A stretch of 64,000 nucleotides of DNA from an uncultured Planctomycetota bacterium (GTDB lineage Bacteria > Planctomycetota > PUPC01): contig CAYLQD010000002.1 in the NCBI GenBank assembly GCA_964385685.1, positions 20,704 through 84,703 of the forward strand, in the 5' to 3' direction. The position numbers and the translations under genes are program-made. The notes under the pieces are model-generated. The model was not told where the DNA came from and did no database searches. It saw only the letters and a program-made list of their open reading frames with translations. This document shows positions 26,347 to 35,638 of the stretch, in pieces. The first letter of the stretch is position 1, and every line of letters begins with the position of its first letter.

Positions 26347-27288
26347 CTAGCTGACGGTTTTCTCGGCGAGGAAATCGATAATCGCCCGGTAGGGCGAGAC
26401 GTCTGGAGCCGTGTCGGTCACGAGCCCGTAGAAGAACGGGACGGCGAACAACAGCATCACGAAAGTCAGAATCGAGATTATCAGGAACACAGGCGACACA
26501 GAGACCGCGGCCGCTTCCCGGTACTGCTGCGACCGCCTGGGCGCCGTGACTCCGGCCGTGACCGATGCCGAGACCTCATCCGTGGTGATGTCCAGCTCGT
26601 CGGTCGCGACGCCGGTATCCTGGAAGCGCAGGGGCTCCTCAGTCGCGACCGTATCAGCATCCGGCGGAGCGACGGGCTCGGTGGGCGACCCAAGGTCGTC
26701 CGGGCGGATTTCCTGCGTCGCCATCTCGGTGGCCTCGTCCTCCTCGAGGAGCGTCGGCGGCGGTGGCGGCACGAGGGTCTCTCCCTCACCCAGGATGTCG
26801 GTGTCATCCTGCTCCCCGCCGACCGTCGGCACAATCGTCTGCGCGGTGTCGTCGATCGTGTCCTCATCGGCGATTTCAATGGTGGGCACGACAGTCTGTG
26901 CGGTGTCGACTCCGGCGGCATCGCCGCCGGCCGCATCGTCGAGCCCGAGGAAGTCGGCCCCGGTTTCCTGTCCGATCCCGGTCAGGAGCTCGGTCTCCTC
27001 GGTCTCGTGCTTCGCGGGCTTGACCTCCGGCCCCGGCATGACCTCCTCGATCTCCGGCTCGGCAGACGGCACGGTGTCCGCGCCGATGTCGTCGGAGTCG
27101 ATGACCATCCCGCCGACGTGCGTCTCGCGGCTCTTCTTGAGATCGAGCACGTCCGTGCGGCGGAACTTGAGGGAATCGTCGTCACGGAAGGCGCGAATCT
27201 CGCCCTGTGCGACGAGCGACCGGAGTTCGTGTGTTGCCATCTGAAGCTCGGCGAGAGCTTCGTCGAAACTGAGGAGTTCACCACCCAC
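26347..27288 (-). CDS. HTH (excisionase/MerR-like) - acidic repeat - C-terminal TM protein, hypothetical
   Basis: N-terminus 'LLSFDEALAELQMATHELRSLVAQGEIRAF' resembles an HTH_17-type motif. Acidic low-complexity region with internal repeat TAQT[VI]VPT. C-terminal TM 'VSPVFLIISILTFVMLLFAVPFFYGLV'. Confidence 0.4.
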   Translation of the reverse strand: MGGELLSFDEALAELQMATHELRSLVAQGEIRAFRDDDSLKFRRTDVLDLKKSRETHVGGMVIDSDDIGADTVPSAEPEIEEVMPGPEVKPAKHETEETELLTGIGQETGADFLGLDDAAGGDAAGVDTAQTVVPTIEIADEDTIDDTAQTIVPTVGGEQDDTDILGEGETLVPPPPPTLLEEDEATEMATQEIRPDDLGSPTEPVAPPDADTVATEEPLRFQDTGVATDELDITTDEVSASVTAGVTAPRRSQQYREAAAVSVSPVFLIISILTFVMLLFAVPFFYGLVTDTAPDVSPYRAIIDFLAEKTVS

Positions 27289-27351
27289 CTTAATGCCCTC
27301 ACATCTAGTGCGGTTCGGCCGACGTCGCGCGTCAGGCCCGGCCCGCCGTCA

Positions 27352-27777
27352 TTACTTCTCCGATCGCTTCTCGAAGCGCTTCTTGACCTGCGCCGGCGTG
27401 TGCACGCTCGACGGCACTCGCCGCCCCTCAAGCTCATACGGGTACGGCGTCAACTGCGAATAGAGAGCGTCCCACCGACAATGCCGCCCGGCCAGGAATT
27501 CGAGGTCGCCGCGGTAGCGGCTCGTGCTTCGCCCCGTCCCGGCGCGCCGGTAGAAGGCATAGACCAAGAGCACCTCTTTGTCCGTATTGAACATGTAGAG
27601 AAGACTCTCGCCGGACTGGATCGTCGACGTGACCAGAATCCAGCTGCCCGAAGCGCTTCCGCCGCCGCCTTGGGCCCGCGCGACCGATTGCTCGCTCGAG
27701 AGCCACGAGGCAAGCGCGGCGACCAACGAGACCACAAGAACAATCATGAGCATCCTGAGCAGCCGTTCGATCTTCAT
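27352..27777 (-). CDS. Hypothetical membrane-anchored/secreted protein, tandem paralog A
   Basis: Internal ATG 27777 is preceded by a TAGGAG RBS and a TTGCCT-18-TATAAT promoter. Core 'WILVTSTIQSGESLLYMFNTDKEVLLVYAFYRR' is shared with 28036-28455. Confidence 0.5.
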   Translation of the reverse strand: MKIERLLRMLMIVLVVSLVAALASWLSSEQSVARAQGGGGSASGSWILVTSTIQSGESLLYMFNTDKEVLLVYAFYRRAGTGRSTSRYRGDLEFLAGRHCRWDALYSQLTPYPYELEGRRVPSSVHTPAQVKKRFEKRSEK

Positions 27778-27823
27778 GGCAGGACTCCTAGCTTGCGGGC
27801 CGCGCAGACGCGCCGCCCTGGGG

Positions 27824-27853
27824 ATTATAGCGCACATCACGGAAACGAGGCAA
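27824..27853 (-). promoter_or_regulatory. Promoter-like TTGCCT-18-TATAAT for paralog A
   Basis: Read on the minus strand. Confidence 0.35.
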
Positions 27854-28035
27854 GCCCTTTTGTCAACCTTTCATTCTCGGGCGTGGCCCGCCCCTCCACT
27901 CCCTTATACACGGGCGCACGGTCTTTCTAGCATTGTTTCCGGCGGCGGGACGCGAAAAGGGCGCACGGCCCCCGCGTCGCGAGCGCGAGGCCCGCGGCAC
28001 GAGGGCGGCTCCCCCGCTTCAATCGCTGTTGCGAG

Positions 28036-28455
28036 CTAGTGTTCCGACACCTTGCCGTAGGCGTCCTTGAGTTCGGCCGGCAAATGGAGGTCCTTCGGCG
28101 GGGCCTCCTTTTCCAGCGGGTAGGGATAGGGCCTCACCCTCGAGTAGAGCGCGTCCCACTTGCAGTGGCGGCCGGCGAGGAACTCGAGATCACCGCGGTA
28201 ACGACTCGGGCCGCGCCCGGTGCCCGGGCGGCGGTAGTAGGCGTAGACGAGCAGCACCTCTTTGTCGGTATTGAACATGTAGAGCAAGCTCTCTCCGTTC
28301 TGGATCGTGGATGTGACGAGTATCCACTGGCGCGCGGCGCCGCCCGTGTCGGCCTGCGCCACGTTCCCTTCGCTCGACCACCACGCAGTGAACACTGCAA
28401 GCACTCCAACGACAAGCATCACCAGCACGATTCTCGTCAGGGTCTCCAGCTTCAT
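28036..28455 (-). CDS. Hypothetical membrane-anchored/secreted protein, tandem paralog B
   Basis: About 65-70% identical to paralog A over the core. AGGAGG RBS 8 nt before the ATG. Confidence 0.5.
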   Translation of the reverse strand: MKLETLTRIVLVMLVVGVLAVFTAWWSSEGNVAQADTGGAARQWILVTSTIQNGESLLYMFNTDKEVLLVYAYYRRPGTGRGPSRYRGDLEFLAGRHCKWDALYSRVRPYPYPLEKEAPPKDLHLPAELKDAYGKVSEH

Positions 28456-28603
28456 CGCACTTCCTCCTACCAGACCCGCCCATATCTTGCACGGCCCGGC
28501 GCCGTTCGCCGGCCTCTACCCTCCTATACACCCGAAAGGGGCGCGGACATGCATCCGAAGGAGTGCGCAGCAGTTACGTGTTCGGGGTGTGTTGCCGAAC
28601 GAT

Positions 28604-29977
28604 TCAGGCGGACGACGATTTCGCCATCAGGTAGTCGTGCATGGCACGTGCGCACCGCAGCCCTGCGCCCATGGCGAGGATGACGGTCGCCGCGCCGGTG
28701 ACGATGTCGCCGCCGGCATAGACGCCCTCGCGTGACGTGCCCCCCGTCTCGGGGTCGACGCTGATATACCCGTACTTGTTCGTGTCCAGGCCCGGGGTCG
28801 CGCCGGTGAGAAGCGGATTGGCTCGGTTCCCGACCGCGACGATCACGGTCCCGGCCTCGATCGTGAACTCCGAGCCCTCGATGGGAACGGGCCGCCGCCG
28901 CCCGCTGTCATCCGGCTCGCCCAACTCCATCCGGAGGCATTCCACGGTCCGGACGCGGTGACCGTCGTTGCCAATGAAGCGGACGGGGTTCGTGAGGAGT
29001 TCGAAGACGACGCCCTCTTCCTCCGCGTGGCCGACCTCCTCCACGCGGGCGGGCATCTCGGTTCGCGACCGGCGGTAGACGAGCCGGACCTCGTCGGCTC
29101 CGAGCCGCACGGCCGTCCGGGCGGCGTCCATGGCGACGTTGCCGCCGCCGATAACGACCACCCGGCCGCCGCGGGCGATCGGCGTGTCGTGCGTGTCCAG
29201 ATACGCCTTCATGAGGTTCGACCGCGTGAGGTACTCGTTCGCCGAATAAACCCCGAGCAGATTCTCGCCCGGAACGCCCAGGAACGTCGGCAGGCCGGCA
29301 CCGACGCCGATGAAGATCGCCTCGTGGCCCCGGTCGAACAGGTCGTCGATCGTCAGCGTGCGACCGACGACGACGTTCGTGCGAATCTCCACACCGAGCT
29401 GCCGCACAAAATCGAGTTCCCGCTCGACAATGGCCTTTGGCAGACGGAACTCGGGGATCCCGTAGGCCAACACGCCGCCCGCCTTGTGGAACGCTTCGAG
29501 GATCGTCACGCTATGCCCGCGCCGCGCGAGTTCGGCCGCGGCCGTCAGCCCGCCGGGCCCCGAGCCGATAACGGCTGCGCGATGTCCCGTCGGCGCGGCC
29601 CTCTCGATATCGGCGACTGCCCCCTGCTTCGCCTCCCAGTCCGCCGCGAACCGCTCGAGCCGCCCGATGGCGACGGGCTCGCACTTCTTGCCCAGCACGC
29701 AGACATCCTCGCATTGCGACTCCTGCGGGCACACCCGCCCGCACACGGCGGGCAGGCAGTTCGATTCCTTGATGATTCGAATCGCCGCGGCGATGTCGCG
29801 GTCAGCTATCTGCTTGACGAAGCCGGGGATGTCGATCTCGACGGGACAGCCGGCGACACAGGGCTTCTTCTTGCACGCCAGACACCGCGACGCCTCGCAG
29901 ACGGCGGTCTCCTCGTCGTACCCCAGAGCCACCTCATCGAAGTTCTTCACCCGCTCTTCAGCCGGCCGATGCGGCAT
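28604..29977 (-). CDS. Glutamate synthase small-subunit-like NAD(P)H oxidoreductase (GltD family)
   Basis: N-terminal Fe-S Cys cluster 'CLACKKKPCVAGCPVE', 'CGRVCPQESQCEDVC'. FAD/NAD Rossmann 'AVIGSGPGGLTAAAELARRGHSVTILE'. Start likely the internal 'MPHRPAEE'. Confidence 0.75.
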   Translation of the reverse strand: MPHRPAEERVKNFDEVALGYDEETAVCEASRCLACKKKPCVAGCPVEIDIPGFVKQIADRDIAAAIRIIKESNCLPAVCGRVCPQESQCEDVCVLGKKCEPVAIGRLERFAADWEAKQGAVADIERAAPTGHRAAVIGSGPGGLTAAAELARRGHSVTILEAFHKAGGVLAYGIPEFRLPKAIVERELDFVRQLGVEIRTNVVVGRTLTIDDLFDRGHEAIFIGVGAGLPTFLGVPGENLLGVYSANEYLTRSNLMKAYLDTHDTPIARGGRVVVIGGGNVAMDAARTAVRLGADEVRLVYRRSRTEMPARVEEVGHAEEEGVVFELLTNPVRFIGNDGHRVRTVECLRMELGEPDDSGRRRPVPIEGSEFTIEAGTVIVAVGNRANPLLTGATPGLDTNKYGYISVDPETGGTSREGVYAGGDIVTGAATVILAMGAGLRCARAMHDYLMAKSSSA

Positions 29978-30269
29978 GCGGTGCCGGTCGGGTCTCGCTT
30001 TGCCCAATCTCCTTCGCCTCCTCCCCCACCAGAGGGGGCGACATTCTACCCGAAACGCCGACGAGCGCAAGGCCCGTCACCGCGCGAGGGGTCTTTCAGG
30101 CGGTTCGCGCCGCTCGGCACGGCTCGGCGGCGCCGGGGCGCTTGGGGCGCCTGTGTTTCAAAATGAGACGCGGAGCAGGTCGAATTCATAACCGCACTAC
30201 TCGGCGTATGTTGCGGCCCGAGTATGAGGGCTTGCCGGCGACCGAGACGCTGCCCGGACGGCCGCGGCG

Positions 30270-30298
30270 TTGACAGCCGCGGGCCTGGCACCTAGAAT
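30270..30298 (+). promoter_or_regulatory. Promoter TTGACA-17-TAGAAT upstream of the glycoside hydrolase
   Basis: Perfect -35 and 17-nt spacing, read directly. Confidence 0.45.
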
Positions 30299-30354
30299 CC
30301 CCGCAGCCGTCAGGAGATGCGGCTCCTTCCCAAACATAGACCAGGGAGAATGCC

Positions 30355-33300
30355 GTGGCGCTGATAGACCAGTTCAAGAGGGCCGGGGAGAACGGCAAGG
30401 GGTTCCGCGCCCTGCCCTTCTGGTCGTGGAACGATGAGCTGGATCCCGAAGAGCTGGCACGACAGGTGCGTGACATGGCCCGTGTGGGCCTGGGCGGCCA
30501 CTTCATGCACGCCCGCAGAGGGCTCATCACCGAGTACATGGGCTCCGAGTGGCTCCGATGCATCAAAGAGACCGTGCGTGCGTCGAAAGAGGCCGGCGTT
30601 CAGGCATGGCTGTACGATGAGGACTGCTGGCCCAGCGGCTCCGGCGGCGGCGCGATCCCCGCGATGGGCGAGGAGTTCGTGGCTAAGCGTCTCCGATGGG
30701 AAACGATTCCGCCCGCGGGTTTCAAGCCGACCGACCATACCGTCGCCACGTTTCTGCTCGGCGAGAACGAGCTTACCCTCGAAGCGGAGCCGGTCGACCC
30801 GAAGAACGCGGCGCGGCGCGCCAAGGGCGATGAGCGCCTCCTTCATTTCTTCTACGAGCCCTGGGCCGCCTACACCGACCTGCTCAATCCGAAAGCCGTC
30901 AAGGCATTCATTCGCCACACCTACGGCGCATACAGCAAGGCCGTCGGCCGCGAGTTCGGCAAGACGATCCCGGGCATCTTCACCGACGAGCCGATGTGGA
31001 GCGGCGTGCCCTGGTCGGCGGCTCTGCCCAAGTTCTTCCGCTCTCTCCACGACTACGATCTTCTGCCGGCGCTCGCGGGCCTCGCATACCAGATCGGCGA
31101 CTACCGCGCCCTTCGCTACGATTTCTGGCGCGCGGCGACCGAGTTGTTCGTCCGATCATTCACAGAGCAGATCGGCACGTGGTGCGGACGCCACAAGCTC
31201 GCCCTGACCGGTCACCTGATGGCCGAAGACAACCTGTCGTCGCAGCTCCACGCGACCGGAGCGGCCATGCCGCACTACGAGCACATGCAGGTCCCCGGGA
31301 TCGACCACCTCTGCCGGCGCATCACCGACCCACTCCTGTGCAAGCAGGCAAGCAGCGTCGCCCATCAGATGGGCGGGCGCCGCGTCCTCTCCGAGATGTT
31401 CGGCTGCTCCGGCTGGAACGTCAGCCTGGAAGAGCTGAAGTGGATGGCCGACTGGCAGTTCGCTCTCGGCGTCGACCTCGTCTGCCCGCACCTCTCGCTC
31501 TACTCCGCGCGCGGCTGCCGCAAACGCGACTACCCGCCGTCCCTCCACCACCAGCAGCCGTGGTGGGATGACTACGGCGTGCTCAACGACTACATGGCGC
31601 GAGTGACCTTTATGCTGACTCGCGGCAAGCACGTCGCCGACGTGCTCGTCATCCACAGCATCGAGAGCGCGTGGGCGGTCTACGAGCCGGGGCGCACGGC
31701 GGCCATCGACGGCCTGAGCCGAGCCCTGTCGTCGGTCGCAGAGACTCTCCTCGGGAGCCACGTGGACTTCGATTTCGCCGACGAGGGAATGCTGGCCCGG
31801 CACGCGCGGGTGGCGTCGAAGCGGCTCCGCGTCAGCCACGCCGAATACCGCGTCGTCATTGTGCCGCCGTGCGTGACCTTGCGCTCCACGACCCTCGACG
31901 TGCTCAAGCGATTCATACGGCGGGGCGGAAAAGTCATTGTCGCGGGGCCGGTGCCGCGCCTCGTCGACGGCCGCTCGTCGGACCAGCCCGAGCAGGTGCT
32001 CGAGGCGGCCCACCACATCGCGACGGAACCGGCTGAGATCAAGGCCGCCGTCGAGGCCGTCCTGCCGCCCCGTATCGCAGTGCTCGACGACGACCGCGAG
32101 GATGCGCGACATATCTACGTGCAGGAACGCGACGCCGGCGATCACCGCATCTACTTCCTGGCGAACACCAGCCGGACGGAAGCCACGTCGGCGCTCGTGC
32201 GCCTGGCTGCGAGCGGCCGGCTTGAGGAGTGGGACCCCGAGACGGGCGAGTCCGAGCCGATCCGAACGCGGAAGCGAGGCAAGGTCATCGAGGCGACGCT
32301 CGATTTCGCCCCGATGGGCTCACGTCTGCTCGTCCTTGCGCGGCGGCGGCGCGCCCCGGCGATCCGCACGCGCCGGCAGAGGCCCGCCGCCCGCATCGAG
32401 CTGTCCGAGGCGTGGGAGCTGGAGGCAGCCGAGCCAAACACCCTGACGCTCGACACCTGCTCTTATCGCGTCGGAGACGGCGAGTGGTCGAAGCCGACGC
32501 CCGTGCTCGATGTCCAGGATGCCATCAAGGCGGTCGAGCCGGCGCAGATCTGCGAGTTCTGCTACCGGTTCCGCGCGGACTTCGCAGCGAAGCGCCCGCA
32601 GGAGCTGTTCGTCGCCGTCGAGAACCCCGAGATGTACGAGATCCTGATGAACGGGGTGCCCGTGCCGGTCGGGGCCGGGGAGCAGGAGCTGCCGTGGTGG
32701 AAGGACATTTCGTTTCGCCTTGTCGACGTGCGGAATCTGCTCAAGCCACAGGATCGGAATGAGATCGTGCTCCGCCGCGGGATCGCAGGCGCGCAGGCCC
32801 GAAGGGAACGACTCGAGCAGCCCGCCGTCACCCGGACGGAGAAGAACCGCCTGCGCTACGGCCCGGAGATCGAGAGCATCTACCTCGTGGGCGACTTCCT
32901 CGTCCGGTCGCGCTCACCCTACGAATCGCTCGACCGCGGCGCTCTCCGTACCGAGGGCGAGTTTGCGCTCGTCGATACCTGGCACCATGTCACCACGGGC
33001 GACCTCGTGCCCCAGGGCTTCCCGTTCTACGCGGGCCCCATCCGCCTCCGGCAAACCGTGACCATCCTCGAGAAGCAACTGAAGTCGGCGAAGAGAGCGA
33101 CCGTGCACCTCGAACCGCCCGATGCGATCACCACGAAGATCATCGTCAACGGCGCGGTGGCCGCCCTGCGGGGATGGCGGCCGTATGAAGTGGAGGTCGG
33201 TCAGTTGCTCGTGCCCGGCCGCAACGACGTCGAAGTCCAGTTGACGGGCAGTTGCCGCAACCTCCTTGGCCCGCACCACCACGTTGACGGCGAACTCCAC

Positions 33301-33438
33301 GCCGTCGGGCCCGGGAGCTTTCGCCGCCAGAAGTCCTGGACCGACGCCTCCGGCACGCCGGAGGCGATCTGGACCGATTCCTACAGTTTCGTTCGCTTCG
33401 GGCTGACCGGCCCCGTCACGCTCACCCTCTGGAAATAG
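30355..33438 (+). CDS. Large putative glycoside hydrolase (GH106-like N-terminal 'WxWN..LD.EEL....M...G.GG' motif; family unverified)
   Basis: GTG start after a GGGAGAA RBS. 'RALPFWSWNDELDPEELARQVRDMARVGLGGHFMH', 1027 aa. Confidence 0.5.
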   Translation: MALIDQFKRAGENGKGFRALPFWSWNDELDPEELARQVRDMARVGLGGHFMHARRGLITEYMGSEWLRCIKETVRASKEAGVQAWLYDEDCWPSGSGGGAIPAMGEEFVAKRLRWETIPPAGFKPTDHTVATFLLGENELTLEAEPVDPKNAARRAKGDERLLHFFYEPWAAYTDLLNPKAVKAFIRHTYGAYSKAVGREFGKTIPGIFTDEPMWSGVPWSAALPKFFRSLHDYDLLPALAGLAYQIGDYRALRYDFWRAATELFVRSFTEQIGTWCGRHKLALTGHLMAEDNLSSQLHATGAAMPHYEHMQVPGIDHLCRRITDPLLCKQASSVAHQMGGRRVLSEMFGCSGWNVSLEELKWMADWQFALGVDLVCPHLSLYSARGCRKRDYPPSLHHQQPWWDDYGVLNDYMARVTFMLTRGKHVADVLVIHSIESAWAVYEPGRTAAIDGLSRALSSVAETLLGSHVDFDFADEGMLARHARVASKRLRVSHAEYRVVIVPPCVTLRSTTLDVLKRFIRRGGKVIVAGPVPRLVDGRSSDQPEQVLEAAHHIATEPAEIKAAVEAVLPPRIAVLDDDREDARHIYVQERDAGDHRIYFLANTSRTEATSALVRLAASGRLEEWDPETGESEPIRTRKRGKVIEATLDFAPMGSRLLVLARRRRAPAIRTRRQRPAARIELSEAWELEAAEPNTLTLDTCSYRVGDGEWSKPTPVLDVQDAIKAVEPAQICEFCYRFRADFAAKRPQELFVAVENPEMYEILMNGVPVPVGAGEQELPWWKDISFRLVDVRNLLKPQDRNEIVLRRGIAGAQARRERLEQPAVTRTEKNRLRYGPEIESIYLVGDFLVRSRSPYESLDRGALRTEGEFALVDTWHHVTTGDLVPQGFPFYAGPIRLRQTVTILEKQLKSAKRATVHLEPPDAITTKIIVNGAVAALRGWRPYEVEVGQLLVPGRNDVEVQLTGSCRNLLGPHHHVDGELHAVGPGSFRRQKSWTDASGTPEAIWTDSYSFVRFGLTGPVTLTLWK

Positions 33439-33539
33439 CCCCGCCGCGCTCTTCCCCGCTCGCGGCCCCTCCGTCGCCGACGGCTCACGCCCGCAGGGGA
33501 GCGCACCGGAGGGCGTCTCGTGTCGGGAATGGGGTAAAG

Positions 33540-33579
33540 AAAACGGGGCGGCCCGCGAAAGGCCGCCCCGTCGTTTGTT
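33540..33579. terminator. Bidirectional rho-independent terminator
   Basis: gaAAACGGGGCGGCCcgcgaaaGGCCGCCCCGtcgTTTgtt: 10-bp GC stem, 7-nt loop, A-run before and T-run after. Lies between convergent genes. Confidence 0.7.
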
Positions 33580-33597
33580 AGCGAAGCACGCCCCGCC

Positions 33598-35142
33598 CTA
33601 GATGTCGAGGTCGTCCGGGTCATTGAACTCGGCCCACGAGCCGGGGGCGATGACGGATTTGATGAACTCGACCAGCGACTCGCCGGTGAACCCGGCCTCC
33701 CCCCCCTCGAGATCGTTGTTGTCCTCGCTGAAGATGTCGTCCATATCGTCCACGTCGAGGTCCGCATTGCTGATGGCCTGGACGTTGGGTTTGAAGTTGC
33801 GGAGGTCGACGGTCAGGTCGGTCACGTCGTAGAACCGCGTGACGGTCTTCTTCGACTTCCCGATCTTCTCCTCCGTCGAGATGTAAATCGCTCCGTTCTC
33901 GAGCGTGTAGTTGAGGTCGAGCAGCCGCAGAATCCAGCTGAGCGCGTCCCCGAACTTGACCTTTTGCAGCCGCAAGGTCACGTCGAGGTTGTCGCGGCGA
34001 TCCTCGATCGCGGCCTTGTCGACGACGATGTTGACGCGCTTGAGACCGTGAAGGAACGCAACGACGTCGTCGAGCGGGGTGGCAACGAAGTCGAACGATA
34101 CGGGCTCCTCCAGCTTGGCCTCAAGCACCTTCTTCCACTCCGCATCCTCCTCCGTCTCCGCTTCGATCTGGATGCCGGCCGTACGCTTCCGAATCTCCTC
34201 CCAATTGTCGGGATACTTGGGGCGCCAGTCGGTATACGGGACGGCCTGCTCGCGCACGCGGCGCCACGTCGTCGCGGTCTCGTCCTTCATGTCCCGCTCG
34301 TAGCGTTTGATGTCTTTCGCCGTTTGCGCATCGAGGCACTGGTCGCGGAACTGGGCCGCCTCCTTGTGTCGCGGCTCGATCTTCATGACCTCGTCGCACT
34401 TCCGGACCGCGTCGAGATAGCGCGTGTCGTCGTAGAGGCTTTTCGCGTCTTCGAACAGGCGCGTGACGCGCTGGTCCTGGAGGTCGCGAACGCGCTCGAG
34501 TTCGGCCTTGACCATGGCCTCGGACTCCGCCTTCTGCTTCTCAATCTTCGCTTCCCTGGCCGCCTCCTTGGACTCCCTGGCTTCCTGAAGAAGTGCCCCG
34601 ATCTCCGTCTGCTCACGGGCGACGTCAACACGGGTCGCGAGGACCCGTCCGATGTTGTGGGCCTCGTTGAGCTTGTCGATCGCGTCCTGATAGTGGTCCT
34701 CTTCGAGCAGGCCGCGGCCTTCGCCAATCAACTGGAGCATCTTGGCCTTCTGGCGCCCGACCCTCACCCGCTCCTCAATGCGAACGTTCTTCAATACCTG
34801 CTGCTCCGGCGTGTCGCCGAGCATCTTCTTCACGTTTTCCATGTAGCGCTTCGCCTGCGTGTGGTTCGGGTTGAGTTGGAGCGCGGAGGCGAAGTCCTCT
34901 TTGGCCTTCTCGTAGTTGCGCTCCTCGAACCGCTTCTTGCCGCTCTGGAAGAAGCGCTCGGCCGAGAGCAGTTGGTGCTGCGCCTTCACCGCGGCCTTGC
35001 GAATCTCTTCCTCCAGGAACGACTTCGCCTCGTCCTCCTTCGGAGTTCCCTCGGCTTCTGCGGCCAGGGCGAGCGGCACGAGGTTGCCAAACACAAGCGC
35101 CGCGCACAGCAACACAGCCAACATTCTGATCGCGCGTGTCAT
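33598..35142 (-). CDS. TPR-repeat lipoprotein/secreted protein with C-terminal secretin-N/STN-like domain
   Basis: Signal 'MLAVLLCAALVFGNLVPLALA', TPR-like helices. C-terminus 'VSFDFVATPLDDVVAFLHGLKRVNIVVDKAA..VTLRLQKVKFGDALSWILRLLDLNYTLENGAIYIS' fits the secretin N0/STN pattern. Confidence 0.5.
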   Translation of the reverse strand: MTRAIRMLAVLLCAALVFGNLVPLALAAEAEGTPKEDEAKSFLEEEIRKAAVKAQHQLLSAERFFQSGKKRFEERNYEKAKEDFASALQLNPNHTQAKRYMENVKKMLGDTPEQQVLKNVRIEERVRVGRQKAKMLQLIGEGRGLLEEDHYQDAIDKLNEAHNIGRVLATRVDVAREQTEIGALLQEARESKEAAREAKIEKQKAESEAMVKAELERVRDLQDQRVTRLFEDAKSLYDDTRYLDAVRKCDEVMKIEPRHKEAAQFRDQCLDAQTAKDIKRYERDMKDETATTWRRVREQAVPYTDWRPKYPDNWEEIRKRTAGIQIEAETEEDAEWKKVLEAKLEEPVSFDFVATPLDDVVAFLHGLKRVNIVVDKAAIEDRRDNLDVTLRLQKVKFGDALSWILRLLDLNYTLENGAIYISTEEKIGKSKKTVTRFYDVTDLTVDLRNFKPNVQAISNADLDVDDMDDIFSEDNNDLEGGEAGFTGESLVEFIKSVIAPGSWAEFNDPDDLDI

Positions 35143-35185
35143 CGGTACACCCTCCTCTTCCACGAGTTCCACTGGGAATCCACTG

Positions 35186-35638
35186 TCACTCCGTCTCTCT
35201 TGTCAGCCACCGAATCGCGTTCTCGACATCATCGAGTTCGATGTCCGTTTCGTTGCAGGGCCCGTTCGGCCGGGTGTTCGCAAGAGCCAACACCGGCTTC
35301 GGCAAACAGGCGAAGATGCCGCTTCGCAATTCCTTCTCGCACGCGACGGCCACGACGGCTTTCACCTCCGGCTGCCGGGTCATCTCGACCGCGGCTCGTC
35401 CGCCCTTGGCGATCCCGACCCGCACACCCAACCCGTCGCACAGGTCGAGCAGCGGCCCGATCTTGCAGCGGCCGCACCGCTTGCAGTGCTCGAGGTCGCC
35501 CACGACGTTCTGCTCGCACACCGCGGCCTGGAGGCACGACGGAATCAGCACGAGAATCTCGCCCCGCTGCACCCGCGTCCGCCGTCCCTTGACGGTCAGA
35601 TTGTTCAGGCCGATCACGGCCCGATCAAGAGCGTCCAC
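35186..35638 (-). CDS. Cys-rich small protein (possible metal-binding, DUF116-like)
   Basis: 'CKRCGRCKIGPLLDLCDG', 'RPNGPCNET'. Family assignment weak. Confidence 0.35.
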   Translation of the reverse strand: MDALDRAVIGLNNLTVKGRRTRVQRGEILVLIPSCLQAAVCEQNVVGDLEHCKRCGRCKIGPLLDLCDGLGVRVGIAKGGRAAVEMTRQPEVKAVVAVACEKELRSGIFACLPKPVLALANTRPNGPCNETDIELDDVENAIRWLTRETE

